Origin: the human T2T-CHM13v2.0 reference genome, Homo sapiens
Direction: 5' to 3' (one strand)
Assembly (NCBI RefSeq): GCF_009914755.1
Contig: NC_060940.1
DNA length: 64,000 bases
This document shows positions 58,863-64,000 of this stretch, piece after piece. The translations under genes and the position numbers were made by a program. Each line of letters opens with the position of its first letter. Position 1 is the stretch's first letter. The notes beneath the pieces were generated by a model that saw nothing but the letters and a program-made list of their open reading frames with translations, had not been told where the DNA came from and did no database searches.

Positions 58863-59303
58863 AGAAAACTCAAATACTTTCACATCCAGGCAAGTAACAT
58901 CCATGCTTAGAGAGATTAACTTATGTTGGAGACATTGGCAAAATAAATTTTTAGTTTTCTCCATTAAGGTAGGCATTACAAAATTACAAGCGTGATGGTA
59001 TGCAACCCTTTGGTGGGGACCCTGTAGTAATTTAGCAAACAAATTTCCTGTCCACAGGATGTGGTCCCTATCCATCCATCCAATCATTGCTATTTTGGAT
59101 TGTTAAACCACTATTATAATTTCATTGACATATTTCCACTGCAAATGTTTAGATTTCTTTCTTCTTAAGAATAGCAGCAATTTTTATTTTTCTGGGTTCT
59201 CCTGTTCACTACTATTTTATTCATTTTTGTTATCTGTCCAGCCTCTGAAGATACTGAATTTACAACTTCTGACTTAATCTTGGAAACTCAAGAGGTGAAT
59301 TTA

Positions 59304-59626
<323 letters not shown>

Positions 59627-62240
59627 TTAAGGGAGACTGTATTTCAGGTTCATAAAAGAGACAGCTTGGATGCTTCAGTGTGACAGTGCAGAGATTCATA
59701 GAATGTTAGAGCTTGAGATGACTATCTTATCTTCCTGCTTCATTTACGAATGATGCTCAGGTTCAGAGACAGAAAGTGACCTGCCTGAGTCACACAGTGA
59801 GTATCACAGCAGAACCCAATGTAAGGATGTCCTAAGAGAAAACTCCCACTGTACCATGCCCTTCCTCTGTCCATCTCCTGGATTCTACAGCCATTTTTAA
59901 AATACACATACCCGGGGTTATCTCTGCATTGAAATAGACAAAGTCCCAATGACACTGCCTTTAGAAGCACGCTGAGCTGTACACTGTAAGTCTCTGTTTC
60001 TCTTTGCTATCCTATTTTGGTTCCTAGCCAGAGGTTTCAGCCACAAGTGGGCCTTATTCTCACAAAGACTTCCAGACTTCTTAAAAAAAAAAAAAAAGTC
60101 TTCATTTTATCTAGTTCTCTCCTGCTGCTCCTGGTGGTTGTATCAATGGGTCTGTGTGAATTCAGCAATGTCATGCGTTCCTGCCAGCTCCAGTCCCAAT
60201 CATTACTTCTGGGTCAGGACACTAACCAGGGGGTCTGGGTTTCTTCCTTTGTATCCCCGAAGAATGTGGAGCCTGCCAAATTGTCAAATTATAGCATTTG
60301 ATGTAGAGCTAGGTCCAAGTGACTGTACAATCTCTGCAGGAGTTCAGAAGCTGGCTTCTGCCCCTGGTAGAAACATAACCAGACTCTCAAGAGACAGTAA
60401 GCCAGACAGTCTGGAGATCCAGGGAGATGCTCATGGGTTCTCTGGCTTCTGGGCCATGGGGAGAAAGTCATCACCACCCAGAAAATAAGCCTTCACCCTG
60501 ACAGCAGCAGCAGAATGTACCTGGGCTTGAGGACCTGACTTGCATGCCATCTCAGTGTCCTTAGGACAGAAGTTCCACGGGCAAGTTCTTTCAGCAGTAA
60601 ACCAAGGTTTTCAGCCTGTACCACTCAAAACAAACCAGACCATCAGGACCAGTTAATGTGAAGGCTTAAATGTTGCAGATTTGTTTTGAAAGTGAAAAGG
60701 CAATTTTCTTGTAAAAATAAAAAAAAATATGTAGAGTTGCAAATCATACAATCCAAACAATATGGGCTGCCCTGATCTTTTAAAAGGGAGAAATGTAAAT
60801 GCCCATTCTGATTGTCAGATGAGGAACATCAAATAGAAACTTCTTGGGCTGAAAGGAAGTTACAAAAGAGGAAGCAGCGATCATTTATGGATAATGTATG
60901 GTAATGATCACTAGCATTTAGTGAGCTCATACTGGGTACCCAGTGGAAATGGTACTACCAGCTTTCTGTGGACAATCAGATTGAATTTTTACAGCATCCA
61001 GAAGAGGCAGGGACTATAATTAACCCCTTATGGCCTAGATGAGAAAACCAGAACATAGAGAAATCAAGGATGTTGCCCAAGGTCACAAGGCTGATAAGGG
61101 CAGAGATGGGATTCAAAGGCAGCCACGGTCCACTGTCTTACCCAGTCCATGCTGGGGTCTTCCATGAGCCATGCACTATGTTGTGTATTTCATTGACATA
61201 ACTCATCAAGAAATAGGTGTGATCATACCACGATTACGGATGAGGGAACTGAGGCACAGGTATGAAGCAAATGTAAACATAGGCCTGGCAGATTCCAAAA
61301 CCCATTTTGTGTGATTACCCCGTTAGTAGTTTATTTTACCTAAATGACATTCCCTGCTAACTATTTCAATTATGATAATATCATTACAGGCAAATATCTT
61401 AACAATCCTGCAAGTCTGTAGAGCTCTCAACTCCCTCAATTTATACAACTAAACCCACACACATCCTTCCCATCCCTAACCCATCCCCTTCCCCAGTGGC
61501 ATCCAGTGGCCCCATAGAGTGAAAGAGGCCTTCAAACCATTTGGCAAGCTCACAAGAGGAAGCCTGGATTTCCCAGAGAAACGTGCTACAAGGAAATTGC
61601 TATAATTATAACCCAAATTGTATTTGACTTCTGCATTTTTGCTTTATATTGTTACACTATAATTTAAATAGATTGTTCTCTGGCCTTTTTTAGGGGGAGA
61701 AACTAGCTACCTTTTTTTTTTTTTTCCACTAAGAAAAGCAACGGTAGGTGTAGCATTCCAATGACAGGAGGTGGGTTTCGTCCCCCCTCTTCCCTCTAAT
61801 TGGCTTGCAAGTGGGAGTTGGGTTAGCAGTTATGCCGGGAGTTGCCTGGGGTTCCAGGCGGTGACATTCATCTGGTGGCTCCACAAAAGGGGAAGAGACA
61901 ACAGTGGGTGGCGCCAGCTTCGGGGAGATGAGCCCCAGAGAGTTTCTGTGACTCCAGAAGGCAGATGTTGGGGACGAGGGGAGATAGGGTATATTAATCA
62001 TTGGATTTGGGAATTTTTCCTCTTTTGAGACATTGAAGCTCTTGACAGAGAAGACCAGAGGGGACCTAGTAAAAGGGAGGACGTGAGTTGGATGCGCACC
62101 CTGGAATACAGGGCGTTGGCCATCTTTCTCCTTGCCTAGTCTAGCTGTGGATGGGGCCCAGAGCCCCTTAGCAGCTCTTCCTTTTCTCTCTTCTCTCCAG
62201 CCTTCTCCAGGCTTTTAACATCAGCAGAAGTAGCAAGGCT

Positions 62241-62462
62241 AGGAGTTGGCAAACTGTAGCTCGTGGGCCGATTCCTGCCTGCGATGTTTTTGTCAATAAA
62301 GTTTTATTGGAACACAGTCACACTAACTGGTTCACATATTGCCTATGGCTGCTTTTGCATGATGACAGCAACTTTGAGTAATTGTGACAGAGCTCGATGG
62401 CCCACAGAGCCAAAATTATGCTTATTGTTTGACCCTCAACAGAAAAAGTTTGGCAACCCCCG
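62241..62462 (+). mobile_element. MER58A-like
   Basis: ggagttggcaaactgtagctcgtgggcc...aataaagttttattggaacacag...aaaaagtttggcaacccc. Confidence 0.8.
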
Positions 62463-63034
62463 ATCTAGGCCAAAGTGTACATATTGTTGGCCTGCTGGCT
62501 GCATTCAGGCATCGGGCCATTTTATTGGACTCACATTAATTAATTGCCTGCATTGTAAAATGGAAGTTTTCACAAAATAAGCTGGCTTTGATTAAAAAAT
62601 GGAAAAATCTAACAAAACATGGCAGCTAATGTTGGGGATGTGTCATCCGTCCCCTCTGACTATTTGTCATAGTCGCCAGCACTGCCTGTAGGGTTTTACC
62701 AAGTGTACCCTTTTACCTGCATGGACTGGTCCTCATAGGCACTTGAGTATGATACTCTTTCAGGTCGTCTGGGTTGTTTTTAATAAAAGATTTGGTATTT
62801 CTTACTGGACTGATGAATTACATTTTAAAAATTCTTTCCATCAAACTGGACTTCCCTGTGGAACTCCAGAAAGAAAATGAAAAATGTGTTTGTGTAATGC
62901 CAGAATTTAGTGACTGCCAGAGTTGTTATATCAGAAATACAACATTTTCTTCCACCTTGAAACACCCATACACATACACACAGCCCTGCATTTTTTAAAA
63001 AAAAAATCCTTTAAAATTGAGACCTATGTCACTG

Positions 63035-63365
63035 CAGATGCTTCTTGACTTATGATGGGGCTATGTCCCAATAAATCCATCACAAGTTGAAAATGCATTT
63101 AATACACTTCCCCTACTGAACATCATCACTTAGCCTAGCACAACTTAAAGATACACAGAACACTTGTATGAGCCTACAGATGGGCAAAATCATCTAACAC
63201 AAAGCCTCTTTTATACTGAAGTGTCAAATATCTCATGCACTTTATTATGTACTGTACTGAAAGGAAAAACAGAATGGTTGTATGGGCACTCAAAGCATGA
63301 TTTCTACTGAATGTGTATTGTTTCCACATCATTAAGTTGAAATATCGTAAGTTAGGAATCATCTG
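63035..63365 (+). mobile_element. MER47A-like TcMar-Tigger element
   Basis: cagatgcttcttgacttatgatgggg...atcgtaagttaggaatcatctg followed by TA; similar to 11028-11375. Confidence 0.8.
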
Positions 63366-63592
63366 TACTGACCTTGATTTAAACAAAAGCAGGATTAGTA
63401 AATACTACATTCTTCTTCAGTCAAAGAATGAGTTTCTCAATTGTTATTATTAATAGAGCAAGTAATAATGGTGTTGGGCAATATATTAATGATTTAAGTC
63501 AATTAATTCTAAAACCAATGGTGGGCGATGTTACCTCATTTTAAAGATAAGGAAAAGAGACTCTAAACGGTTGTGTAAATTGTTCCAAATAG

Positions 63593-63997
<405 letters not shown>

Positions 63998-64000
63998 TGA

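Overview
Human (primate) genomic DNA, almost all intronic and repeat-rich. I assign it to RBFOX1 (A2BP1/Fox-1), transcribed on the + strand. The one clear coding exon is the 243-nt phase-0 exon at 47723-47965 ([21 protein letters not shown]...VSGTAT). About 7.8 kb upstream lies a repeat-poor module the ORF track misses: a TATA-like box, an E-box cluster, three uORFs and an 11-codon first exon (MEEKGSRMVQQ, 39853-39885) ending in CAG|gtattt. It splices in frame onto the main exon and resembles the RBFOX2 N-terminus MEKKKMVTQ-GNQE. Other points of interest: a UGCAUG RBFOX site beside the exon's probable branch point, inverted Alu pairs around a stop-free 81-codon exon (circRNA candidate), a candidate 14-nt microexon or recursive splice site, a near-consensus AluYd8, a very short young L1, a MADE1 MITE, an unassigned ~89-nt hairpin and several template-switch scars. 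The rest is ~25 Alus plus L1, L2, MIR, MaLR LTR and DNA-transposon fossils. There are no prokaryotic features. Repeat family names come from recalled consensus sequences, and boundaries of old repeats are approximate.
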